Below are positions 53,276 through 64,000 of a stretch of DNA of 64,000 nucleotides, one piece after another. Within the stretch, counting starts at the first letter, position 1, and every line of letters starts with the position of its first letter. Made by a program: the position numbers and the translations under genes. Location of the stretch: NCBI RefSeq assembly GCF_001194135.2, contig NC_068984.1, positions 69,832,975 through 69,896,974 on the forward strand. The letters run 5' to 3'. The notes below the pieces were generated by a model. The model searched no databases. It had not been told where the DNA came from and saw nothing but the letters and a program-made list of their open reading frames with translations. This stretch comes from Octopus bimaculoides (Eukaryota).

Positions 53276-53649
53276 TTTCTCTTACAAGTACTTGATGACC
53301 TTTTCAGTGTAAGTGCTACTTAAAAGCACCCAGATCACACTGTGAAGTGACTGGTGCTTGGAAGGACATCCCTGCTGTAAAAACCTTGCCAATACTGACC
53401 TCACCTGTGCTTGTGCTATCTAAAAAGCATTAAGTCCTCACTGTTGAATGGTTGGTGCTAGGAAGGGCATCCAGCAGTACAAACCCTGCCAAAACAGTCA
53501 CAGAAGTCTGGCGCAGGCCCCTACCTGGCCAGCTCTTGTGAAATCGTCCCACCCATGCTAGAATGGAAGCCAGACATAAAATGATGATGATGAGGAGGAT
53601 GACTTGCCTTATTTGTCTGTTAATTGATATGTCAGTTGCCTACCAATAA

Positions 53650-54030
53650 AAATATCTCAGCAAATGAATTTGAAAACCTATCTAAATAATAGGACCTCGA
53701 GATTGAGATATCTAGGACATAGCAATTAAAGACCAAAATCATCCCTGTTGTTGTGTGTTTCTTGGGAATGATCAAGAAAGGTAGTGACAAACCAACAATC
53801 TATGAGACAAAAAACTGTGTTGATATCAATCACCTATGTCCTCAGGAAGTTTCTTCCCACCTAATATATATATGACTTAGGTCTCTGGTTGAGACCCAGT
53901 CAGAAGATGAAATAAAATGCAAACTCCACCTAATATATACATGTCTTAGGTCTCTGGTTGAGACCCAGTCAGAAGATTAAATAAAATGCTAATCAATTGG
54001 AAGGAAAATAATAATGATAATGTTATTATT
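53650..54030 (+). mobile_element. R4/Dong-clade LINE 3' fragment with 69-bp tandem duplication in the 3' UTR
   Basis: DLEIEISRT*QLKTKIIPVVVCFLGMIKKG; repeat units start at 53857 and 53926; TAA-like tail. Confidence 0.7.
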
Positions 54031-55561
54031 GTTCTAGTAGAACAAAAGGGATGCCAAAAAGGATCCAAAGTCATCAAGGACCACCTTGTGTTCAACAAAG
54101 TTGTAATGAAGAACAGGACTGCAAATGGTACCGAAAAACTTGTGCATGGCCTGGATAAACTTTAGAACCTATTACTGAACTTGTGGATTTTGAAAACACT
54201 CGACATGTGTGGAATAGCTGAGAATGTGTGTGCACTGATTAAGAACAGCATGTCTGGTTGGAAAACAAATCTTTCCTGTAACAACCAGCACTTAGCCGAG
54301 GTAACAATCAAAAGTGGTACTTTCCATGAAGACTCTTGTTTACCTTTGGTATTAGTTTTAGCTTTGTTCCCACTTTTTGTAGGCCTACGCAAAGTCAACA
54401 AGCACAATGAGCTGAGAAAGAATGGACTGCGTCTCAACCACCTTCGCTTCATGGATCATTTAAAACTGTTTGCAAAAACAGAGCCTGAAATGGAGAGGCT
54501 GGTTGAGACTGCACAGATGTGCAGGAAAGATATAAGGATGGAATTCGATATCTTGAAGTGTGTGGTGCTCACTTTGAAATGTGTGGAGAGCAGATTCTAA
54601 GTGCATAGAATTGCCAAATGGAGAGAGAATGGAAGACCCAGATGATGATGTGTACAATTATCTTAGGATCCTGAAGCTGGACAATATCTTGCACAGAGAA
54701 ATAAAAGATGAGGTCATCACTGCTTTTTCAAGTGCCTCAAACTTCTCTTGAAATCAAAACTCCAAGTCAAGGAACCTTGTGATTGCCATCAACATATGAG
54801 CTGTTGCTGTAATCTTGTATAGTGCAACCATCCTGAAATGGACATGAGCGGAGTCTGACCGACTCGACTGCACAACCCAAAAAACAATGACATTGCATGG
54901 TGCCTTTTACCCTAAGGTGAATATACACAGGCTCTCATGAAGAGGTGTAAAGGTAGATGTGTGCTGATTAGTGTACAGGAGTGCATCAACTGTGAAAGAA
55001 GAAACATGGCAGAGTATTTGGCAAATAGCAAACAAGACCTGCTACAGTATGCTGCTAATGAAGAACAATTTACCAAAAATGGACTTGAGAGTACTAATCA
55101 ATTCTGATAATGAATAGCCAACGAAAGAGAAGAAATTCTACTCCACATGGAATTACATGGTCAGTTTCACTGAAACTAACAACTTAAAAGATCAGGAAGC
55201 ACCATCACGGTGGCTCACCAAGGGTGACCTAATGAAGAATACTGAAAGCCTAATCATCACTGCTCAAGATCAGGCATTGAATACCAATTCAGTGAAAAGA
55301 GATATATGCCACACAAGTGCAATGAACCTCTTACAGAATGTGTGGGAAGAGGGTCGAAAGCATGACTCACATTGTTAGTGCTTTTGAAAGTCTTGCACAG
55401 AAAGAGTAGAAGCACGGACATGACAAAGTAATGCAGAACTTTCACTTGGATACAAGGTAGTGGATGCTTGGTACCCTCATACACCAGAAAAGGTAATAGA
55501 TGAAAAGGGGAAGACAAAAATACTCTTGGGCGTTGGCTTCCCGACAGACAAGGTGTTAAAG
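54030..55561 (+). mobile_element. 5'-truncated R4/Dong-clade LINE (RT plus start of C-terminal CCHC/RLE region), defective, ending at an N-gap
   Basis: EQKGCQKGS, NLCMAWINF, MCGIAENV..NSMSGWKT, TFHEDSCLPL (IFQGDSLSPL), LNHLRFMDHLKLFAK (FMDD), WLTKGDL..TESLIITAQDQAL, WYPHTPEKV. Confidence 0.9.
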
Positions 55562-56350
55562 NNNNNNNNNNNNNNNNNNNNNNNNNNNNNNNNNNNNNNN
55601 NNNNNNNNNNNNNNNNNNNNNNNNNNNNNNNNNNNNNNNNNNNNNNNNNNNNNNNNNNNNNNNNNNNNNNNNNNNNNNNNNNNNNNNNNNNNNNNNNNNN
55701 NNNNNNNNNNNNNNNNNNNNNNNNNNNNNNNNNNNNNNNNNNNNNNNNNNNNNNNNNNNNNNNNNNNNNNNNNNNNNNNNNNNNNNNNNNNNNNNNNNNN
55801 NNNNNNNNNNNNNNNNNNNNNNNNNNNNNNNNNNNNNNNNNNNNNNNNNNNNNNNNNNNNNNNNNNNNNNNNNNNNNNNNNNNNNNNNNNNNNNNNNNNN
55901 NNNNNNNNNNNNNNNNNNNNNNNNNNNNNNNNNNNNNNNNNNNNNNNNNNNNNNNNNNNNNNNNNNNNNNNNNNNNNNNNNNNNNNNNNNNNNNNNNNNN
56001 NNNNNNNNNNNNNNNNNNNNNNNNNNNNNNNNNNNNNNNNNNNNNNNNNNNNNNNNNNNNNNNNNNNNNNNNNNNNNNNNNNNNNNNNNNNNNNNNNNNN
56101 NNNNNNNNNNNNNNNNNNNNNNNNNNNNNNNNNNNNNNNNNNNNNNNNNNNNNNNNNNNNNNNNNNNNNNNNNNNNNNNNNNNNNNNNNNNNNNNNNNNN
56201 NNNNNNNNNNNNNNNNNNNNNNNNNNNNNNNNNNNNNNNNNNNNNNNNNNNNNNNNNNNNNNNNNNNNNNNNNNNNNNNNNNNNNNNNNNNNNNNNNNNN
56301 NNNNNNNNNNNNNNNNNNNNNNNNNNNNNNNNNNNNNNNNNNNNNNNNNN
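55562..56350. other. Assembly gap (N run); smaller gaps at 1166-1306, 4996-5062, 6617-6626, 17108-17206, 22798-22807, 25730-25765, 59841-59850
   Basis: Direct reading. Confidence 1.
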
Positions 56351-56401
<51 letters not shown>

Positions 56402-56469
56402 TATGCATTCACTTATATAGATGTCTGTGTGTGACCCCATCCATGTGTTTCCATCCTTGTGTGTCCGTC

Positions 56470-56540
56470 TGTGTGTGTCTATCTGTGTGTGTCTATCTGT
56501 GTGTGTCTATCTGTGTGTGTCTATCTGTGTGTGTCTATCT
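56470..56540. repeat. Short tandem repeat (GTGTGTGTCTATCT)n
   Basis: Direct reading, about 5 units. Confidence 0.85.
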
Positions 56541-57449
56541 GTGTGTGTCTATCTGTATCCATGTCCATACACATGCACAGACACACATGGCAGTATTCCA
56601 ACCAGTTGACAGCTTTCTGTTTTCCAAAATAGAAGTCCTGTTTATTTTACTATAAATGTCTTTCATAATAAGTATTTTTATAGCATTAGTATTCCTAGGA
56701 AAGAATAGAGGACATCATTGATTTATACTCCCAAAATAATGCCAAAGCAAAGAAATTGTTAGGCCAAAGCAAGAAAAATATAGCTCTCAAATTAAAGATC
56801 TTTGTTACTTCACTAGATTAGAATTCTATGTAATAGACACCTACTTCATACATAGATAAATAGAAATTCAGATTTGACTTTTAGTCTAACAAATTCTTGA
56901 ATAATATATTACCAGTTCCTGCACAGCTAGTTTGTTAGGCAACAATTTATACCTTATTTTATTGATGTTGAGAGACTTCACATCATTTGGGGAAATTGTA
57001 TATTTTTAAAATTGAATGTAGTTGATTGCTACGTAATTTTACACTTTGCTTGCCTTTTGCCTATTAACTTGGAGCTCCAAGATAACTGCTGTACTGTTAG
57101 CCTCTTCTTAGCCAATAACCTAGAAGAACCCATTTGTAATGACACTCAAATTTGATTCATAAATTGCAACAATTTTATAGAACTGAACTGTTGAAATAAA
57201 TGAGCCTCATTTTATAACTTGTATGTTCAGGTTTTCGCTCTTGATTGGTGATTCTTTACAAGAAACAATCTTTCCAATCATGGCTTTACTGTTGCATGTG
57301 GTGCACATGAAGACTGAGTTTTCCAGCTATATCTTTAACTTTATCTGCCATATTCTACAACGTTTTGCAGTTTTCTGTAATTCAATCAATGTTATTAGTA
57401 AAGGTAAGATCAGATATTCACCAGCCGAAACATTAAATTCCATACTCTA

Positions 57450-59340
57450 CTGGAATTGAAATTTTCCAAGATACATTCTGCAACAATAATGAATAAAACT
57501 GATAAATTCTCAGTGGGAGTGTGAATATTTTGGCATTTCTATTGTCGTATAGCGTTTTCATTCCTTACTCAATAACCAAAGTTTTATATAGAAATAAAAT
57601 ATACAGCAAAGGAATAACACTCCATACTTGAACAATTTCTACAGAAATATGGATAGCATCAAGGGATGTTTGTGTAGTTTTAAGAGATGTGATGGCAATA
57701 TAAATTTCTTGAGTAATGAAATTCTCCATGCTGTTGATAGTGCAAAGTAGTGACTTGGATGCGTTCCTAATTTTTGAAAAATATTTTACCATCTTTAATA
57801 TTGGCCTTCATTTGATATTTATTTTGATTTTAGTGGGATCATTTGTATGAAAATTTCATCCAACAGTGTTATGTAGTATTAAATAGAATCCGCAACAGTT
57901 CTAAAGTTAATATATCTAACTGCTTTATTCCTTATCTGCTTCTTTCTAATTTCACCAATTTGTAGTGTCTTAGGAAAAATCACTCCTCACAATTCTGTCA
58001 TATCTTTGCAGCTAAAACTGTTAGCCTTTTCCATTTTCAAATGAATTCCTCTGTTCAGTTTAGTTAATTCTCTGTTTTTACAACTTATCTTGACACTTCT
58101 GATTTATCTACTTCTTTAAAAAGTAATTCTGATTTTGTTTTTGTTCTGTGATCACATTTAAGCCTTGACTGATTTTCATTTTTCATTACTACATTAAGTT
58201 CCATCCTTGTTCACTGATCCATTTAATCATTGCATGTTCTTTAACAGTTACTTGTATGAAACACTATAACAGTTATCAACAATGTTATTGTCTCCAGTCT
58301 TCAACACTATGTGACAGATTATACTTCCAAAGCTTGTTCTATGAATCTGTCTTAATCTGAGTAGTAGTCTGATGATTTTCCAGTCTGTATATGCCAAAAT
58401 GAAATTTCAGTTCTATACTCCTGTCAGCTTGATAATTTATAAATTTGATGTTTGTATTTCCTTCTCCTTCATATTTCCTTCCTTTCACATTGATAATATT
58501 GAAGGTGCTTCTGACTTGTTCACTATTATCTATACAAAATTTCTCAATATTTTAAATTGTCTCTTATTTGTTACCAATATTTCACTTCCTTTTTGAATGT
58601 TTTAAATCCAGCATTCAGAACTGTTCTGGCTTCATTGCATTTATCTACTTTAGATCAGTTGTGTCACAACTGATTTTTAAGAATTTCAAATTTCTTCTCT
58701 TATTTTCCTAACCATCACTATAAATGGGTGCTTAATCACAGAGTGTGGTACCATAGGTAAGTATAAAATACTATCTCCTTTGAATTAGTACCCCAAGGAA
58801 AATCCATAGTATGACCTTACCACAAAAACACAAGCAAATCTCTCCAATAGCACTTGAAATTCTATCTGAAATTCATCTACTGGCTCAAAGCAGCATCTTT
58901 TTAACTCCAATTTCATTTTGGCAAAAACGATGATGACACAGGGGTATAGCTATTTTGGGGTTTTTTTTTTTTTTGTGTAGTTAACAAAAGCCAGGGGATG
59001 AACTTCACAGCAGTGAGATGCATATTCAGGTTTTCTTTGAAAATCACCATGCAGATTCAATGGAAAATTCCAGTCATGTAAGAGAGCTGGTAGTTTCTTT
59101 GGTAGTTCACAATTATTTTCCAAATTTTCTGAATGCTCATCACTTTGAACTGACAGTCGACCAGCTTGAAATATACATACCATTCTTGTGTTCAGCTTGA
59201 AGGATGTTCACAAAATACTTGATGAGCCATTTTGCAGGTCTCAATAGTGTATATCACGTTACATTACTGATAGGATTTTCGGATATAGCTTACAGGTCAT
59301 CTCTGTAAATTAGGAAACAGGTTTCTCTTCTTTAGAGATT
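57450..59340 (-). mobile_element. Ancient RTE-like LINE RT relic
   Basis: Minus-strand IFQAGRLSVQ (GFRxGRSTxD), IQKIWKIIVNYQ...YMTGIFH (LxxIxEKxxEY...FIDF), preceded by a YxxISxx-like segment; many stops. Confidence 0.45.
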
Positions 59341-59860
59341 TACTAAAGTAAATTTAATCCTATTACCATCCATCTCATAGTAGACCAAAGAAGTTTGGAA
59401 AGACAGACAAACAGTGATTACTTCCCACTGCCAACAATATCACATGGAGTGAAATGCCAGATGGAACATATTGGTCATTGTCATCATCATCATGGTAGTG
59501 GTGGTAGTGGTTGTCATCGTTGTTGTCATTGTCATCGTCATTGTTGCTGCTATCATTGTTGTCGTTGTTATCATCATCATTTTCATCACCATCACAGTTT
59601 TAACATCCACATTTCCATACTTGTATAGGCTGGACAGAGCTTAATGAGGCAAATTTTCTACAACTGGATGCCCTTCCTGGCACAAACCTTCACTTTTTCC
59701 AGGGAAAGCAATATTTCCCTATGGTCAGACAAATTTTGATTTTTTCGTTTGCTGAATTTTGAAAATGAATGGCACTGCCTGTATGACAGTGAAACTTGTT
59801 TACAAGAATCATGCAATATCGAGATAAGGACACACAAATANNNNNNNNNNATAAACAAAA

Positions 59861-60158
59861 GACGAAGACAGGTGGTGTAGAAAACAAACAGATGTATTAG
59901 TATAATGCTCGGGAATTGAAACAGTCTAACATTTCTAGCCTACACTCTTCCTATATTTATCACACGCTCACGTGGTCGCACCAGTTGATCCTGTCTCCTC
60001 TCATCACCCACGAACTTCTCCGCTGGACTTTCTACACTCTGGCTGCACCTCTCCTGCCTATAGATTACTCTGGACTCTTCTGTTGATATATATATATATA
60101 TATATATTCCCGAACGTCAAACTAATACATCCTTTTGTTGTTTACACCACCTGTCCTC

Positions 60159-60161
<3 letters not shown>
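59861..60161. mobile_element. Penelope-like element with 56-bp inverted termini
   Basis: 59861-59916 is the reverse complement of 60106-60161; pyrimidine-rich spacer. Confidence 0.6.
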
Positions 60162-60203
<42 letters not shown>

Positions 60204-61392
60204 GGCTCAGTGGTTAGACCATCAGGCTCACAAACACAAAGTAGTGAGTTTGATTCCCGAACCAGGCTGTGTGTTGTGTTCTTGAGTGAAACACCTTATT
60301 TCACATTGCTCCAGTTCACTCAGCTATAGAAATGAGGTGCAATCCCATGACCGAAGGGTGTCTTTACCTGTTTATATATATATATATATGGAACAAAAAC
60401 ACAATAGAGGGTATTAAAACATTTGGACAGATAGATGATAAATAGGCGAACAAGAGAAACAACAATTAGAAGGGCATGCAAAAAAAGACGGGTCATTCTT
60501 GGCTTTCTTTCATCAGTCAAGTCCCAGAAGTCACGACCATCTGGGGCAGTTACACACGTGTGTGCATGTGTGTATATGTGTGCATGCACATGTGTGTGTA
60601 TAAGTATATGTATCTACTAATTCTACCCACAAGGATTTGGTTTGGTCAGAGGAATTTTAGTAGAAAACACCTGCTCAAAGTACCAACCAGTTTGACTGAA
60701 CCTGAAACCATGAGGCAGAGTAGCAGACTTCTTGATGATACCGTTCTTTCTGCACTGTGTCAGACAAATATACTAGGACAGAAAAGACTGAGGTTAATAC
60801 AATAAGTCACGTTAATTATATGTTTATACCTTGTATTTACAAGCATCAGTGTCCCAAAAGTGAATACATTTATAATAAACTTTGAAGAAACTAATCAGTA
60901 ATTTTGGCAACATATTTACTCAGAATAATCAATCAAAGTTGTTCAGTTTTGTCCTGGAAGAAATCAAAACTTTACAAATATTTATTGTGTACTTTGGGAA
61001 AAGAAGCATCAACATATATTTTGAAATTATATGTAGCAGTAGTGGTGGTGGTGGTGGTTTTAGTGGTGGTGGTAGTGGTAGTAATAGTTGTAATAGTAGT
61101 TGCTGTTGTTTCTAATTTAAGATGCAAGGTCAGCAGTTTTGAAAGAAGATGGTTAGTTGATACTGTTGATTCTGGTACTTAATTTTATTGATATTCCATC
61201 ACTAAGTAAAAAAGATTGAGAGACAGATTTGACTTCATTGCATTTTGAACTCAAGAGTAAGAGGTGGAATAAATATTGCACTGTATTTTCTTTTCCAATG
61301 CTCTAAGGATTCCATAAGTTTGCTACCCTTATTAATAATAATAATAACTTCTGATTTAAGTATGAGTTCATTAATTTTAGGGAGTGGGTTAA

Positions 61393-61613
61393 CCCTTTAG
61401 CATTCGCATTATTTTGTCAAAAGTAATGCTTATCTATGCACATTCTTCCAAATTACTCATGCACTATTTTGTAGCTTTGAGATTTTGATGAGGCAGCTGT
61501 TAAGTTTTTGAATGATATTGTAGGGTTGGCATGAGAAGCCAGATCTGGCTACTTTTGGATACAAAGCAGGCAGAATATTTTGGCCAGATATGGCTGGTTT
61601 AAACACTAAAGGA
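61393..61613. mobile_element. piggyBac-type MITE inserted in a SINE
   Basis: TTAA-CCCTTTAG...CTAAAGGA-TTAA; the SINE (minus) resumes on both sides. Confidence 0.8.
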
Positions 61614-61801
61614 TTAAACTCTAGTACTTGACTGATACTTATTTAATCAACCACGGAGAGATGATTTACAAAGTTTGTTCCTGAGGGATTTGATCTCAGA
61701 ATCTAAAGAGCCAAAACAAATAACAAAAGGCATTTATTTTGATGCTTTACAAATACTGCCATTCTCACCACCCCAGTTTGTAATTATTATTTGTTATATA
61801 G

Positions 61802-62020
61802 AAGGTGGCGAGCCGGCAGAATTGTTAGCACACTAGACAAAATGCTTAGTGGTATTTCACCCATTGCTACATTCTGAGTTGAAATTCTGCTGAGGTCGAC
61901 TTTGCCTTTCATCCTTTCAGGGTTGATAAATTAAGTGCCAGCTGCATATTGGTGTCGATCTAATCGACTGGACCCCTCCCCCCAAAAAAAATTTCAGGCC
62001 TTGTGCCTATAGTTGAAAGG
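61802..62020 (+). mobile_element. tRNA-derived SINE with 16-bp TSD
   Basis: ATTATTTGTTATATAG at 61786-61801 and 62021-62036. Confidence 0.9.
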
Positions 62021-62479
62021 ATTATTTGTTATATAGGCACAAGGTCAGAAATTGGCATAGAAGGGTTTAGGTCATTTAAACTGAATACAAATCAGTGATG
62101 GATATTTCAGTATCCTACACCATTCTTACAAAATGTACCTGCTTCTCATGGTTATAACAATTTGTTGAATACATAGAACAACAATAGCTTATGATATATG
62201 ATCTTTTCTCATTTGCTCTTTTACTAGTTTTGGTCATTAGACTGTGGTCATGCTGCAGGACGTATTCGAAGATTTAGTCCAAAATATTAACCCTAGTACT
62301 TACTTGTTTTGCTTTGCTTTTGCGATTGGTATTTATCCAATCAGTCTCATTTACTTAACACGGACATAAATAAACCAACACCATTTGTCAGGCAGTGAGA
62401 GACAAACACAAAGACATGAACATGCATACCCCCTGTTTATAATTATACCATATGTTACATATATATGTATACACACATA

Positions 62480-62800
62480 GTGAAGGTGCATGTCTTAGTG
62501 GTTAGGGCATTCGTCTCATGATCATAAGGTTGTGAGTTCAATTCCGGGCGATGTATTGTGTCCTTGAGCAAGAGACTTTATTTCACATTGATCCAGTCCA
62601 CTCAACTGGTAAAAATTAGTAACTGTATTTCAAAAGTCCAACCTTGTCATACTCTGTGTTATGTTGAATCTCCCTGAGAACTACATTAAGGGTACACGTG
62701 TCTGTGGAGTGCTCAGCCACTTCCATGTTAATTTCATGAGCAAGCTGTTCTGTTGATTGTACGAGCTGAGACCCTCGTCTTTGTAATCAGCAGAGTGCTC
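62480..62800 (+). mobile_element. tRNA-derived SINE
   Basis: A/B-box-like head (AGTGGTTAGG...GAGTTCAATTCC); body homologous to 48990-49378. Confidence 0.7.
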
Positions 62801-63734
62801 CTATACACACATATATTTATATATATATACACACAAACACACATACACACACACACACACATGCTTTTTAAAACTACCAATCTAACACACCAGGCATGTC
62901 ACCGATGTTGTAACTTACAACTGCATGTTTACAGTTTTTCTTTTTGACATTGTCTCTTATTTATATTTTCTATTCTATCTTGAACATATTCCCTTATCTG
63001 TTGTAAATACTCACTGTATTCTCTTTGATACATATTTTTCTTCTATGCTGCTGTTCCTGTGCTTGTTCTAATGATTTGACCCTCTGCTTCTGTTTACATC
63101 ATTGCCAATACCATCTCTTTCTCTTGATAGTTTATATCGTATGTCATCAATATTCTATAAACAAATATCAATTTTCACTCAAGCAGACAATAAACAATTG
63201 CACTTATGCACTTGTGTTAAGTAATAAATAAAATAAAAAATTTAGCTTAGTAAAAAACTGCACTTTTCATCATCCACTCACCACCATCCCCACTTCCATC
63301 ATAATAATTTCTGGTGACAAAGTTCAGTTTAAGTTGTTGTCAAATAAGATTATTTTCATTTCATTTCAGTTTAGTTCAGCTGTACGTTTATATCTACTTT
63401 TCTTGTTGATGTACCTATCTTATCTGATGATCTCAAATTTAAATAACGAATTAAAAACTGTATAATTCTCTCTCTCTCTTTTTCTCACTACCTATGCCAT
63501 TTCCCTCTTCGTGTCATTATAGTTTCTCTTTCTCTTTCTTTTCACCTCTCACTTCCAATAATGCATCCACTGATAATAATGTCACTACTCTCTCTTTATC
63601 TGCCTCCCATCCACAATAAAAACTACTCATCTCACTCTCTCTCCCTCTGCTTTTCTTTAGCCTCATCACTATATGTTTGTATTTAACTGGGTGTATATAT
63701 GTGTGTGTGTGTATGTGTGCGTGTGTGAAGTGAA

Positions 63735-64000
63735 ATCATAGTCATGGCCAATGTCAGTGTCATGTAAATGGCATCTGTGAAGTCGTAGTTATGGCCGTTG
63801 CTAATGTCATGTAAATGGCATTCGTGCCTGTGGTACGTAGAAAGCACCCATTACACTGTTGGAGTGGTTGGCTTTAGGAAGGGCATCCAGCTATAGAAAC
63901 CATGTCAAATCTGACTAGAACCTGGCTTACCATTTCCAGTCAAACTGTCTAACCCATTCCAGTATGGAAATCAAAGTTAAATTATGATGACAATGATATA
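63735..64000 (+). mobile_element. RTE-tail element 3' end
   Basis: Homologous to 8455-8830. Confidence 0.65.

Noticed and set aside
55257-56440. Long ORFs of 294-383 aa in the track
   Set aside because: They span the N-gap; only the flanks encode LINE fragments or microsatellite dipeptides.
59395-59628. His/Cys-rich metallothionein-like ORF
   Set aside because: Derived from a decayed TCA/TTG trinucleotide microsatellite.
1-64000. CRISPR arrays, rRNA, true tRNA genes, prokaryotic operons
   Set aside because: No repeat-spacer arrays or rRNA similarity; tRNA-like boxes occur only as SINE heads; composition is eukaryotic.

Overview
AT-rich, repeat-dense eukaryotic DNA, most likely from an octopus (coleoid cephalopod) draft assembly. 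That assignment rests on my recognition of the SINE families, the abundant (TA)n/(CA)n/(ATT)n/(GAT)n microsatellites and the N-gaps beside TA tracts; it was not checked by a search. I found no recognisable host protein-coding gene, only a few weak splice-site-bounded exon candidates, so the window looks intergenic or deep-intronic. It is a layered graveyard of mobile elements. DNA transposons: two DD37D (maT) Tc1/mariner elements, a DD34D mariner, a Spin/Charlie-type hAT with a perfect 8-bp TSD, mariner/hAT/piggyBac MITEs and a Helentron-associated HINE. Retroelements: R4/Dong-type LINE fragments in tandem at (TAA)n repeats, old RTE relics, Penelope-type inverted repeats and many tRNA-derived SINEs. 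The most notable observations are (1) a nearly complete type I hammerhead ribozyme fold with one core substitution at 5807-5873, with further hammerhead-core remnants in Penelope-like foldbacks; (2) several long hairpins and inverted repeats that could form dsRNA; (3) a hAT fragment captured inside a mariner with microhomology junctions; and (4) a datable 186-bp retroposed insertion with a 12-bp TSD. Nearly all ORFs in the supplied track are microsatellite, N-gap or decayed-transposon artefacts.
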